Positions 52,847 to 62,815 of a DNA stretch of 64,000 nt are shown here, piece by piece (within the stretch, counting starts at the first letter, position 1; each line of letters begins with the position of its first letter). Below the pieces are notes generated by a model. It was given only the letters and a program-made list of their open reading frames with translations. It did no database searches and was not told the DNA's origin. The stretch spans positions 1,056,001 through 1,120,000 of the forward strand of contig CAWEMM010000006.1 in assembly GCA_963810095.1 (NCBI GenBank), written 5' to 3'. Position numbers and translations under genes: made by a program. Source of the DNA: an uncultured Chloroflexia bacterium (GTDB lineage Bacteria > Chloroflexota > Anaerolineae > CG2-30-64-16).

Positions 52847-52941
52847 TATTGGGGACGGATAGGATCGGGATGACGCAGATCGGGGTGGATTCTCGCGATC
52901 CGAGCGCCCGGGTGGATTCTGCGCCATCCGGATTCTATTCC
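52847..52941. repeat. Degenerate palindromic element of the ATAGGAC family
   Basis: GGATGACGCAGA and TCTGCGCCATCC arms; terminus CTATTCC overlaps the stop codon at 52935. Confidence 0.55.
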
Positions 52942-53579
52942 GCTTGTGGATACAAAAGCTTGACGGTTTCCAGTTTGTTCGTGTCCTCCGCCGAGACAAA
53001 GACAGGCGGGTCGGCATAGGCGGCGCCGCAGCGGGCGCAGGCCAGGCCAGACCGCCCGTCTTGGCCGCCAGGCTCGAGCCGGTGGCCACACGCACACACG
53101 TACCCCACGAGCCGGGCCGGCGCACCGACCACCAGCCCGTAGGCAGGCACGTCGCGAGTCACGACCGCACCCGCACCGACCAGTGCGAAGCGGCCCACGG
53201 TCACGCCCGGCAGGACGACCGAGCGCGCGCCGATCGACGCGCCGTAACATATCCGGATGGGTTCGACCTCCCAGTCGTCATTCCCCTTCAGCGTGCCGTC
53301 GGGGTTGATCGCCCGTGGGTAGAGATCGTTCGTCAGCACCACGTGTGGGCCAAGGAACACGCCGTCTTCGATCGTCACGCCGTGGTAGACCGAGCAGTTG
53401 TTCTGAATCTTGACCCGGCTGCCGATACACACGTCGAAGTCGACGTAGACGTTTTTGCCAAGGATGCTCTCGGGACCGATGGTCGCGCCCTCGCGCACCT
53501 GGCACTGGTGCCAGATCGAGGCGCCTTCGCCGATCGTGGCACGGGGCGACACGTCGGCCGTCGGATGAATGCGAATCAT
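52935..53579 (-). CDS. Hexapeptide-repeat N-acetyltransferase, WbpD/WlbB-like, with C-terminal Cys4 motif
   Basis: IHPTADV, IWH, VKIQNN, TND.YPR, GAPARLVGYVCACG..CARCG. Confidence 0.85.
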   Translation of the reverse strand: MIRIHPTADVSPRATIGEGASIWHQCQVREGATIGPESILGKNVYVDFDVCIGSRVKIQNNCSVYHGVTIEDGVFLGPHVVLTNDLYPRAINPDGTLKGNDDWEVEPIRICYGASIGARSVVLPGVTVGRFALVGAGAVVTRDVPAYGLVVGAPARLVGYVCACGHRLEPGGQDGRSGLACARCGAAYADPPVFVSAEDTNKLETVKLLYPQAE

Positions 53580-54826
53580 GTTCTTGTCCTTTTTGTCTTG
53601 AGTAACCGTTCGACCAGCGCGAGGTAGGTTGCTCGTTCGCACGGCCAGTTGTGCCGAGCGCCGAATTCGGCCGCATTGCACGCGAGCGAGCGTGCACGCG
53701 CTGGGTCGCGGTACAGGGTTGTCACTTGCGCCGCCAGCTCGTCCACGTCGCCGGGGGTGAAATACGCCACCATGTCCTCGGCAAAGTAGCTCGCCGTCGT
53801 CTTGGTCCGAGCCGCCACGGCGGGCACACCCGCGTTGGCCAATTCCATCAGCTTCGTCGGCAGCAGGCCATCGGTGAAAATGTCCTCTCGCATGGGCACG
53901 ATCCCAAGGTCGGCCTTGGCCAGCACGCCGGGGATCATCTCGGTCGCCACGAAGCCGTGTGCGGTCACGAACTCGCCGACGCCCAGCGACTGCGACCAGG
54001 CTTTCGACCTTCGGCAGGAAGTCGCCCGTCCCGTACAGATCGATGCGCAGATTTGGGATGGCCTGGCGCAGCTGCGGTGCGGCCCGCACGAGCAGGTCTG
54101 GCCCGTAGCGTTCCAGCATGCCGCCGTGGTACACCAGGCGGTAAGCGCCGTTCGCGTCGCCGTCCTCGCCGTGCCCCCCGGTCGCGGCCGGTCGCTCGAA
54201 CCCGCGGCCCCGGTTGAAAATGGCGTCGTCGGGGCAGTTCATCACGATCGTCATTTTCCCCGGCGCCACACCCCGGCCCGCCAGCAGGTCGAAGACGTAA
54301 GTGGTGCAAACGGTCACCGCATCCGCGTAGGCACACGACAGCCGCTCCTGCAGCCGCAGCGCCCGGGTCATGGGGTGGCCGTGCCCCTTGCCAAACCGCG
54401 ACATGTACAACTCGGGTGCGACGTCGCGGATGTCGAGGATGACCCGCGCGCCGCCGAACAGCCGGGGCGCCAGCGTCGAAAATGCGAGCAGGTCTGGCGG
54501 GTTGTAGACCTGGAACAGGTCATAATGACCCCGCGGCTGACGGGCGAGGCGCGCGCCGACCGCCGAGAGGAAGCGGGTGTACTCGGCAATGTACCGGCTC
54601 GCCGGCGCACCTTGCTGCCGGAACATTGGCAAGCGGTGCACCTCGACCCCCTTGATCGTCTCCTCGGCGGGTTCGCCCGGCTTCTGCAGGCAGTAAACGT
54701 CTACCCCGTACCCGTGGCTCGCGCACGCCTCGGCCATGCGCCGCGCCCGCACCTCGACCGGGTACTGGCTTTGCGTGATAAACGCGATCCGCTGGCGCGC
54801 CCCGCGCGCAGGACGCCGTCAGGCAT
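53576..54826 (-). CDS. Glycosyltransferase family 4 (frameshifts near 53990 and 54790; start uncertain)
   Basis: YNPPD, DIRDVAPELY, YHGGMLERYG, LPTKLME. Confidence 0.8.
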
Positions 54827-54828
54827 CT

Positions 54829-55887
54829 TCACTCCTCAAACACCAGGTCTCCGCCAGAAACCTGGTTCCTCACCGTAGAACTGAGATCCCGGTACACCCG
54901 TTCGATGCGCGCGGCCACCGCGCTCTGGGACCAAGCCATGATCCGTTGTCGTGCCGCAGGCTCGGCCGAGTTGCCACCGCGGCTCACTTCCGCAAGTGAC
55001 AGCAGCAGCTTACCGGCCAACTCGTCCGCGCTGGGCTGCGCCAGGTGGCACCCCGGCAGCCCCCGGATCAATTCGCCCACGTCTCCCACATCGGTCGACA
55101 CCACGGGCAAGTTGCACGCCAGCGCCTCACGCACCACCATGGGCGACCCTTCGGCGACGGATGCCAGCACCAGGACGTCGGCCGCGTTCATGTAAAGCGC
55201 GACCCGATCGCGCGGCTCGTCGTGGACGAGCACAAGCTGCGCGGCCGGTGCCTGCTGCTGTACGAGGACGCAGGCTTCCCGTATCAGCGGGATACGCTTT
55301 TCGGGCCGCGGCGCGCCCACGAACAAGATGATCGGGTCGCCCGCCGGCAGGCCCAGCGCCTGGCGTGCGGCCGCCTGCGCCACGGGCCGAAATACGGCGG
55401 TGTCGACCCCGCACGGAATCACCCCGCAGCGGGCGTCGTTCGCCATGCCCAGCGCCCGCGCCACCCTGGGCGAGGTCGCAATCGTGAAGTCTGCCCGGCG
55501 ACTGACGAAACGACTGAGCGGCGCGGTCCAGCCGAGCTGTGTTTCGATGCCGTGCTGCGTGACGACCAGCGGCGCCCGTCTGCCCCCGCGGGCCGGGCGC
55601 CGGGCCGCCAGTGCGATCAGTCCGCAGAACACGTAGTGCGCGTGGATCACGTCGTAGGGTTCGGCCTCGGCGAGCTTTCGCCGCACCGCGCCCGGGCCGG
55701 CCAGGTAGTTGCGCCGGGCAGCCGGGCCGTCGACGAAGAGCACGTCGACGCACAGCCCGCGGCGGCGGAGGCTGACCACCTCCTCCTCGACAAACGTCCC
55801 GAGCCGCGGCCGGTCGGGCTGCGGGTACATATTGGTGATCGTCAGCACGCGCAGCGGCTGCACCGCGCCGGCTCCATCAACCCCCAT
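54829..55887 (-). CDS. Glycosyltransferase family 4
   Basis: TNMYP, IHAHY, RPEKR, EGSPMVVREALAC, DVGDV. Confidence 0.9.
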   Translation of the reverse strand: MGVDGAGAVQPLRVLTITNMYPQPDRPRLGTFVEEEVVSLRRRGLCVDVLFVDGPAARRNYLAGPGAVRRKLAEAEPYDVIHAHYVFCGLIALAARRPARGGRRAPLVVTQHGIETQLGWTAPLSRFVSRRADFTIATSPRVARALGMANDARCGVIPCGVDTAVFRPVAQAAARQALGLPAGDPIILFVGAPRPEKRIPLIREACVLVQQQAPAAQLVLVHDEPRDRVALYMNAADVLVLASVAEGSPMVVREALACNLPVVSTDVGDVGELIRGLPGCHLAQPSADELAGKLLLSLAEVSRGGNSAEPAARQRIMAWSQSAVAARIERVYRDLSSTVRNQVSGGDLVFEE

Positions 55888-57780
55888 CCGCGCCCTCCTG
55901 CGCCTGCCGGCAACTCGACGCCCGCCGCTCGCCCGATGCCTCCGCCTGTGGACGGGTCAGCGGCCGGGGGTTTGCGCAAAACAGCCCGTTAAGCAGCGTC
56001 CGGTGACGGTCTTCCATCTCCCCGAGCAAGCTCGTGATCAGCCGGTCGCTGATCACATCCACGGGCAACTGCGCGTCGATCGTCTCCGCAGGGAGATCCT
56101 GCAGGACGGCTCGGCTGGCCGCGACCTGCCGGCCGAGGAAATCGGCCGACTCGGCGCCGCCCTTCCGTGCCAGAGCGACGTCGACCGGCGTCTCAAACCA
56201 GAACGTGCGGCCCGGCTGCGGGCTCAGGAGACGCAGCAGCCTGCCGGGCACCGTGCGGGCCATCCCGGGACGCTCGAGCCGGGCGGCCTGCTCGACCAGC
56301 GCGGACAGCAAGTAGCGGTCGGCAACCACGACCTCACCCCGCAGCAGCGGCCAACCGATTCTGAGCACATAGGTCGGGATGAGTTCGAGCGCGACGAGCC
56401 ACGGCCACGCCCGGCGCACGAGCGGCCGGCGAAACAACGCTGCCCGCTCGCGCTCCCGGCCCGCCTGGTCCGGGTTCAGGGCCGGCGCAGGCGCGGTGGC
56501 CCGCTGCCTCAGGAGCGCCTTGCCCAGCTTAAGGACGGGTTGGAGAAGTCCCGAACTGCCGCCCCGTGTCCAGACCACCCGGTGGCGCAGCGCCGCGCCT
56601 TCCAGTGCGGTCGCCAGCAGCGCGGCCTGGGCCGATTTGCCCGATCCGTCGATGCCGTCAAGCGCCACGAGGTACGGCCGCTGGCTGTGCAACCGTAGCC
56701 GGACGCGCGTGCCGTAAAGGGTGTGCGTCCACACTTCCTTCGCCCGCCCGCCGACCCGCTGGCTGGGATCGGCCAGCATCTTCTCGTAGAAAAGCCGCTT
56801 GCTCTCCACGAAAGGCAGCCCGACGGGCGCCTTGACCCGGCCCTCGAATCGGGCTTGCACGGCCGGCTTAAGCCGGGCCGGCATCCCGTGCTCGGCCCGC
56901 GGCCCGCACCTCGGGCGGCAGGCTGTGGCCAGCCTCGGCCTGCGTCCCGTACAACTGCTGCTCCCAATGGTCCAGCGAAGCCAGGATGGCCCACAAACCC
57001 TCGAGCCAGCCGCGACGCTGTGCGCCGTATGCGACGCGGTCCCAATCCACCCCGAGCACCCGGCCCGCGTAGATGAACTTCGCCAGCTCGATAAGCTTGT
57101 ACGCCTTGTTCTCGTAAGCTGCGTGGGCAAGCGCGATCAGCAGAGCATCCTCAGGCGCGGGCACGAGCGCCAACGGCGCCTCGTTGCTGCCCCCCGGGAA
57201 GTCGGCCGGAGGCACGGCTCGCTGCCACACGGCCCGCGAGTCGACAAACTCAGTGTGCCACTCCAACCGCCCGTGGATGTGCAGGTCGAACGCACTCTCG
57301 CCCAGGTGGAACCGCCGGAACAGGAACTTGTTCGGCTCCTCGATGTGCCGCAGTTCGACGAAATCCATGCCCCTCACGATTGTCCGCGCCTCGTCTTGCC
57401 GCGCCTGGGGCACGAGCACGTCCAGGTTGTTGCTGACGTAGGGGAAAGTGGGCCCGGGACCCATCGCCTTCACAAACAGGGCCGGGATGCCGCGGCTGCG
57501 CCAGGCGGCCGAAATCTCTGAGAAGGCGGCCGATCTGCTGTGCCATGCGGGCCCGGTCCTGCTCGAGCGCGCTCATAAATGGCGCGGACGAAAGCAGAGC
57601 GCGGGCGGCGGGGCGCGGATCGGGCGCCAGGGTCAGCAGCGGGAAGCCGTTCTTGCGCAGCCTCTGCACGACGGCTTCGGGATGGGCGGCGGACGCGGGC
57701 GGCGCGCCAGATGCGCCCCACCAGGAGGACACCAGGTAGGCGGCCCACGCCACGTCAGAGGGCATTTCGTTCGTCGTCAT
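55877..57780 (-). CDS. Probable fusion of a nucleotidyltransferase-like domain and a thymidylate-kinase-like P-loop domain (frameshifts near 57520 and 56880)
   Basis: VKAMG..YVSNNLDVLV, FDLHIH..LEW, LAHAAYE; LVALDGIDGSGKS, VVADRY, VALARK. Confidence 0.65.
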
Positions 57781-58868
57781 GACCCTGTTCCCCCGGCGGT
57801 CAGCCTCTGGAGCAGCCGGCGGGCGAGCGCCTCCCAGCCAAATGGCTCCACCAGGTGGCGCGCGCCTGCCGGTCCCGCACTGCCGGTCCTGGCGTCGCGG
57901 AGCCGCACGACTGCACGGCGCAGCCCGTCGATGTCGTCGTAATAGAGCAAATCGCCGCCGTTCATGCCTTCCATCGCGACCTGGGGCCACAGGCCGGGCA
58001 GCGCGCCGAAGCGCGTCGTCACCACCGGCAGCCCGCAGGCCGCAGCCTCGAGCACCGACAATGGCACGTCAATGCTGCTCGGCCCCTCGGGATCGGGCGG
58101 GACCGGGAACAGGTACGCATCGGCTGCCGCATACAGGTCCGCGATCTTTGGGATGAAATCCGAGAACACACTCACGCCTTTTGTGCGCAGTTCCCCGGCA
58201 AGCTCCATGTCCTGGACGGTGCTGGTGCTGCACGCCAGAACGGGCCGGGCCAGGTCGGTCACGGCCAGCAGGTCGGCAACGCCCCGGCCCCGGTTCAGGT
58301 GCCCCACATGCAGGACGACGAATTCGTCTTCCGCCAGGCCGAACTGCCGCCGCAGTATCGCCTTCCGGTCGGTCGAGACCGGTCGGAAAGTCGCCAGGTC
58401 CACGCCGGGCGGCAGCAGTTCTGCGGGCCAGCCGAGCAGGCGGGCTTGCTCGACTGTGGCGGCCGACTGGGCCACGCACAGGTCGGGCGCCACGAACCGG
58501 GCGGCCATTTGCACCGGCTTCCGGTGCCGCCGGCCCTGCGTGGCAAAAAGCGCCACCGGCGCGCCCGCGTATCGCTTCAAGGTCCGGCTCCGCACCCCGC
58601 TCGCCAGCGTAAGCGACGCGGTGGGCACGTAGACCACGGCTGTCGGCCGCCATGCTGCGAACGCACCGGCCAGTTGGGAAGACCGCAGCAGCTTGTCGGC
58701 CTGCACCGCTTCGACGCCCATCTCGGGCCAATCCGGCGCGCCCGTGGTCAACACCCGCACCTCGTGCCCCAATGCCCGGCACACGTCCGCCAGGTTCAGC
58801 GTCAGCTTCTTGATCCCCTCATCCAGCGGCGGCTTCAGGCGTTCGCCAAATATACAGACCCGGCTCAT
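57777..58868 (-). CDS. Glycosyltransferase family 4
   Basis: PPGVD, HVGHLNRGRG, DVPLSVLEAAACG. Confidence 0.85.
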   Translation of the reverse strand: MSRVCIFGERLKPPLDEGIKKLTLNLADVCRALGHEVRVLTTGAPDWPEMGVEAVQADKLLRSSQLAGAFAAWRPTAVVYVPTASLTLASGVRSRTLKRYAGAPVALFATQGRRHRKPVQMAARFVAPDLCVAQSAATVEQARLLGWPAELLPPGVDLATFRPVSTDRKAILRRQFGLAEDEFVVLHVGHLNRGRGVADLLAVTDLARPVLACSTSTVQDMELAGELRTKGVSVFSDFIPKIADLYAAADAYLFPVPPDPEGPSSIDVPLSVLEAAACGLPVVTTRFGALPGLWPQVAMEGMNGGDLLYYDDIDGLRRAVVRLRDARTGSAGPAGARHLVEPFGWEALARRLLQRLTAGGTGS

Positions 58869-60070
58869 CGCTGTGCCAAAGCTGCGGCGTACGCCGCCAG
58901 GTACGCGTCGACCACCCGCTCGAGGCGGAAGCGCCGCTCCGCTGCCGGGCGGGCGGCCGCGCTCATCGCCTGGTAGATGCGTGCGTCGGTGAGGACCCGG
59001 CACAGGGCGTCGGCGAAAGCGCGGGCGTCGCCCACCGGCACGACCCGGCCCGTTACGCCGTCCTCGACGATGTACGGCGCCCCGCCGGCTGCGGTCGTTA
59101 CGACTGGGATGCCTGCAGCCAGCCCTTCGATTGCAGACATCGGCGAGACCTCTTCCCGGGACGACAGGACGACAAGCTGCGCCTCCCGATACAACTGGCG
59201 CATTTGCGCTTGCCCCTGCACCCCAAGGAGGTGAACGACGTCGCTCACCCCCCGGTGTTGGCACGCGTCGAGCACCTCCTGCACGTAGGCCGCCTCGTTG
59301 GTCCTGCCCGCAACCAACAGGTGCAGGTCTCGGATGGAGGGCCGAGCCAGCGCGACGGCGGCGACCAGCGTGACGATATCTTTGCGGGGGATCACCGATG
59401 CCGGTAGCAGCAGCCGGCCGGGCACCGGCGTGCGGACGAGGTCAAACAGGTCGTCGGGCGCCGGGTTCTCGGTAATGTGCCAGCGGGCCGCGGTCCGGCC
59501 TCCGAACCGTTCCCGGATGTAAGGCGAAATCGCAGTGATCTCACGCACCCCGGCCAGCGCCTCACGCTCATATCGGGCCGCCAAGGCTGATGCGAGCCGG
59601 CCGAACGCGCCCGGATTGTATTGAGCCTCCTCGGCAACGACGCCGTGTACGGTCCACACGGTGGGGAACCCCGCCCGCAGCGCGGCCACGGCGTACCAGT
59701 GGCCATGCGCATTTACCACGTCCGGACCGATGGCCTTGAGCTGAGCCGCCACACGCGGAATGGCAGTCGCCATGTTCGGCACGAGCCGCCGCCGGGGCTG
59801 GGCCAGGTAATGCACGGTGACGTTGTCCCGGCTAACCGTCGCATCCTCCCCGATGTCGGAGTGACAGTGAATGACGTGCACATCCAGCTCGGGTCGGCGG
59901 CGGAAGCCTTCCACCAGCTGGTAAGTCACCGCCCGGATGCCGCCCGAAATTTTCGCCGGGTCTCGCGGGTAGAAGCCGACAAGAGCGATCCGCATCTTGT
60001 CGCCCCGCGCCGCACCCCCGGGGACAGCGTTCCTGGTTTGGCCGCCGCGGTTGCCCTGGCCTGCGCTCAC
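58865..60070 (-). CDS. Glycosyltransferase family 4
   Basis: TVHG, IPRK, EVSPMSAIEGLAAG. Confidence 0.88.
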   Translation of the reverse strand: MSAGQGNRGGQTRNAVPGGAARGDKMRIALVGFYPRDPAKISGGIRAVTYQLVEGFRRRPELDVHVIHCHSDIGEDATVSRDNVTVHYLAQPRRRLVPNMATAIPRVAAQLKAIGPDVVNAHGHWYAVAALRAGFPTVWTVHGVVAEEAQYNPGAFGRLASALAARYEREALAGVREITAISPYIRERFGGRTAARWHITENPAPDDLFDLVRTPVPGRLLLPASVIPRKDIVTLVAAVALARPSIRDLHLLVAGRTNEAAYVQEVLDACQHRGVSDVVHLLGVQGQAQMRQLYREAQLVVLSSREEVSPMSAIEGLAAGIPVVTTAAGGAPYIVEDGVTGRVVPVGDARAFADALCRVLTDARIYQAMSAAARPAAERRFRLERVVDAYLAAYAAALAQR

Positions 60071-61260
60071 TGCAGCCCGCCTTTCTGCGCCCCGGTGCGC
60101 ACCTGGTCGTAGACCGCCAACGTCTGCGCCACCACCGAGTCGAGCCGGAAGCGCGCTTCGGCCTGCGCATGCGCCGCTTGCCCCAGCCGCTGCAGCCGGG
60201 CGGGGTCGGCCAGCAGGTCGACGATGGCCCGCGCGAACGCGCTCGCGGTTGGCTCTGGATCGCCCAGTGGCACTGCCTGGCCACCCAGGCCGTCACACAG
60301 CATCGCCGCACAGCCTCCGGTGTCCGTCGTGAGGACCGGCCGGCTGCCCGCCATCGCCTCCGCGATGCTGACGGGCGCGGTCTCCTGTTCGCTCGCCAGC
60401 ACGAACAGGTCGCAATCGCGATACTCCCGGGCCAGTTCTTCCGGCGCGAGGGCCCCGCGGAACGCCACCCGGTCACCCACTCCCAGCTCTGCCGCCAAGT
60501 CCCGGCACTGCGCCGCGTACCCCGGCTCGGAGTGCATTTCCCCCACGATGGCCAGGCGCGCCGCCGGCCGCGCCGCGGCGGCCTGCGCAAAGGCGCGAAT
60601 CAGCAACGCGATGCCCTTGCGCGGTATGACCCGCGCCACGCAGAGTAGCTGCTCGCGGCCCGATGGGGGCGTAGCGCCGAAGAAGATATCGTTCACCGGG
60701 TTCTCGATCGTGTGAAAGCGAGCGTGCGTGCGAGTGCGGAACTGCGCAAGGACGTAGGGCGAGATGGCGATGATGTCAAGCGCATCCGCGACGACCCGGT
60801 CCTCAAAGCGCGCATCGGCCAGCCATCGCAGCCGCATAGGCCACGATGAAACGGGCCAGGCTTGGGCCATCTCCCGGCGGATGATACCGTGAAGGGTGAC
60901 CACCGTGGGGCGACCGCTCTGCAGCGCGGCCCGCGCGTGTACCCCGGCGATGTCCGCGTGGCAGATGTCGGGTCCCACCCGTTCCACTTCAGCCGCAAGG
61001 TTCGCCACCACCTGGTGCTGCCCCGTCAGCCGCCCGCGTGCAGGCCGGGGGGTCGCATGGATCATGCAGCCGTTTTCCGCGAACTCCCGCGGCCCTGTCA
61101 GTCCGGGGACGGCCGTAATGACGTGCACCTCGACGCCGGGGCAGCGGCTGAGCCCGCGTGCGAGGCTGATGACGACCGCATCCACGCCGCCGGGCAGGGG
61201 CGGCCCGCCGGCAGAGGGCGTCGCTTGCACGGGATAAGGTCCCAGCAGGGCAACCTTCAT
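60067..61260 (-). CDS. Glycosyltransferase family 4
   Basis: TLHG, IPRKG, ETAPVSIAEAMAG. Confidence 0.88.
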   Translation of the reverse strand: MKVALLGPYPVQATPSAGGPPLPGGVDAVVISLARGLSRCPGVEVHVITAVPGLTGPREFAENGCMIHATPRPARGRLTGQHQVVANLAAEVERVGPDICHADIAGVHARAALQSGRPTVVTLHGIIRREMAQAWPVSSWPMRLRWLADARFEDRVVADALDIIAISPYVLAQFRTRTHARFHTIENPVNDIFFGATPPSGREQLLCVARVIPRKGIALLIRAFAQAAAARPAARLAIVGEMHSEPGYAAQCRDLAAELGVGDRVAFRGALAPEELAREYRDCDLFVLASEQETAPVSIAEAMAGSRPVLTTDTGGCAAMLCDGLGGQAVPLGDPEPTASAFARAIVDLLADPARLQRLGQAAHAQAEARFRLDSVVAQTLAVYDQVRTGAQKGGLQ

Positions 61261-62786
61261 GCTACGCTCCCGCTGTCCGCTGCAGGCTCGGCATCCTGTC
61301 GCGGCACGGGCACAAGCCCGGCCTCCGGCTCCGGCGGTGGGGCAAACGTTGCGCCGAGGATCAGGAACAGCAGCATGCTGGCGTACTGCGCGCCCAGCGC
61401 GTCGAATGTGTTGGCCATCAGCAGGTAACCGAGAAACATAGCCAGGCTCGCCAGAGTCCAGTTCCGGCGCCGGCTGAACGGCGCACGGCGATCCAGCTCG
61501 GCCAGGGTGCGCACCAGTCGCAGCAAGATCGCCGCGACGAGCCCGAGCAGCGGCATGAGTGCGACCAGGCCGCCCGACGTGAGCACGTACAGGAACAGGT
61601 TGTGCGGCGCCAGGGTGGGCAACCCGGCATTTCCCAGCGGCCGCCACCCGGCAGCAATGCCCGCGTCGCTGAAGTTGTCGAACCCAACCCCGAGGACAGG
61701 CTCGCGCTGAGCGATTTCCAGCGCGACCGAGATTGCGCCCTTGCGATACTCGATCGGCCGCTCGGATTGCAGCCGTTCCTGAATCGCGGCCTGGTTGATC
61801 ATTCCCGAGGCGGTCGCCAACCCCGCAAGCAGGAGCACCAGCAGCACGAGTGCCAGGCCCCCCCGCCGGCCCCCACTCTCGGTACGTGCAAACAGCGCCA
61901 CGATGACCAGCCCCAACACGGCGGCCAGCCAGCCGGCCCGGACGTAGGTCAGCAGGAGCCCCGCGCCCGTAGCCGCGGCCGCGGCGTACCACAGCAGGCG
62001 TGGCCCCAGCTCGCGGCTGTGCAGCGCGCCGACCAGAATAAAAGGCAGCGGCAGCGCCAGCGTCAGGGCCATGGTGGCCGGCGCCCCAAACAGGCTCGTC
62101 ACCTTAACCGAGTGCAGCCCGTACTGAAAACGGTAGACCACGGGGGCAAGCACGGGCTGGTTGGTCAGTTGCTCGCGTGCCGCGATTACGCCCAAGGCAG
62201 CCGCAACGAGGGCCAGCATAATGCCGAGCCAGACCAGGTGCTGTGGCTTTCGGAGCAGGTTCGTCGCGAAGAAATAGCACAGCAGCGGCACAGCCACCAG
62301 ATCAAACACGTTCTGGATGCCGCCGGCGAGCCCGAAGTGCGACCCGGCAATCGACAACGACATGGCCACAAGAAACGCCAGGCCCCAGCCCGCCACTGCG
62401 TCGAAGCGCACCAGCCGCCGTTTGCCCACGGCCACCTGCGCCAGCAGCACCAGGAGCAGCACCATGGCCGCGATGCGGGTCAGGCTCAGGTCGGGCAGGC
62501 CGCGCCCCATCGACAAGTTGAACAGGCGGCCGAAGGGGGCCAGCCCGAACCACAGCAGCAAGCCGGCGTCGGGGGCGAGCACGATCACCGCACACGCCGC
62601 GAAGATGCCCGTAATCGCGACCGCCACCGCGGTGACCCCATCGAACAGCGCGGTGCCGAAGTAGAAGGCCAATCCCGCAATGAAGACGATTCCCAGCAGG
62701 TTGACCGCCAGCGAGATCAGCGCGTCGGAACGCCGGCTGGCGCCGGACGCGCCTTCGCCGCCGCGAGCGGGTGGGAATGTCGTCAT
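61257..62786 (-). CDS. O-antigen ligase / Wzy_C family membrane protein
   Basis: About 12 TMs; TYVRAGW, EYR, GVGFDNF, PHNLFL. Confidence 0.85.
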   Translation of the reverse strand: MTTFPPARGGEGASGASRRSDALISLAVNLLGIVFIAGLAFYFGTALFDGVTAVAVAITGIFAACAVIVLAPDAGLLLWFGLAPFGRLFNLSMGRGLPDLSLTRIAAMVLLLVLLAQVAVGKRRLVRFDAVAGWGLAFLVAMSLSIAGSHFGLAGGIQNVFDLVAVPLLCYFFATNLLRKPQHLVWLGIMLALVAAALGVIAAREQLTNQPVLAPVVYRFQYGLHSVKVTSLFGAPATMALTLALPLPFILVGALHSRELGPRLLWYAAAAATGAGLLLTYVRAGWLAAVLGLVIVALFARTESGGRRGGLALVLLVLLLAGLATASGMINQAAIQERLQSERPIEYRKGAISVALEIAQREPVLGVGFDNFSDAGIAAGWRPLGNAGLPTLAPHNLFLYVLTSGGLVALMPLLGLVAAILLRLVRTLAELDRRAPFSRRRNWTLASLAMFLGYLLMANTFDALGAQYASMLLFLILGATFAPPPEPEAGLVPVPRQDAEPAADSGSVA

Positions 62787-62815
62787 GGGTTCGTCCCCCT
62801 GCATCGCACGGTTCC

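Noticed and set aside
52935-54752. Apparent GT4-acetyltransferase fusion in the ORF track
   Set aside because: Produced by a frameshift near 53990; the GT ends at 53576 and the acetyltransferase has its own AAGGA RBS and ATG at 53579
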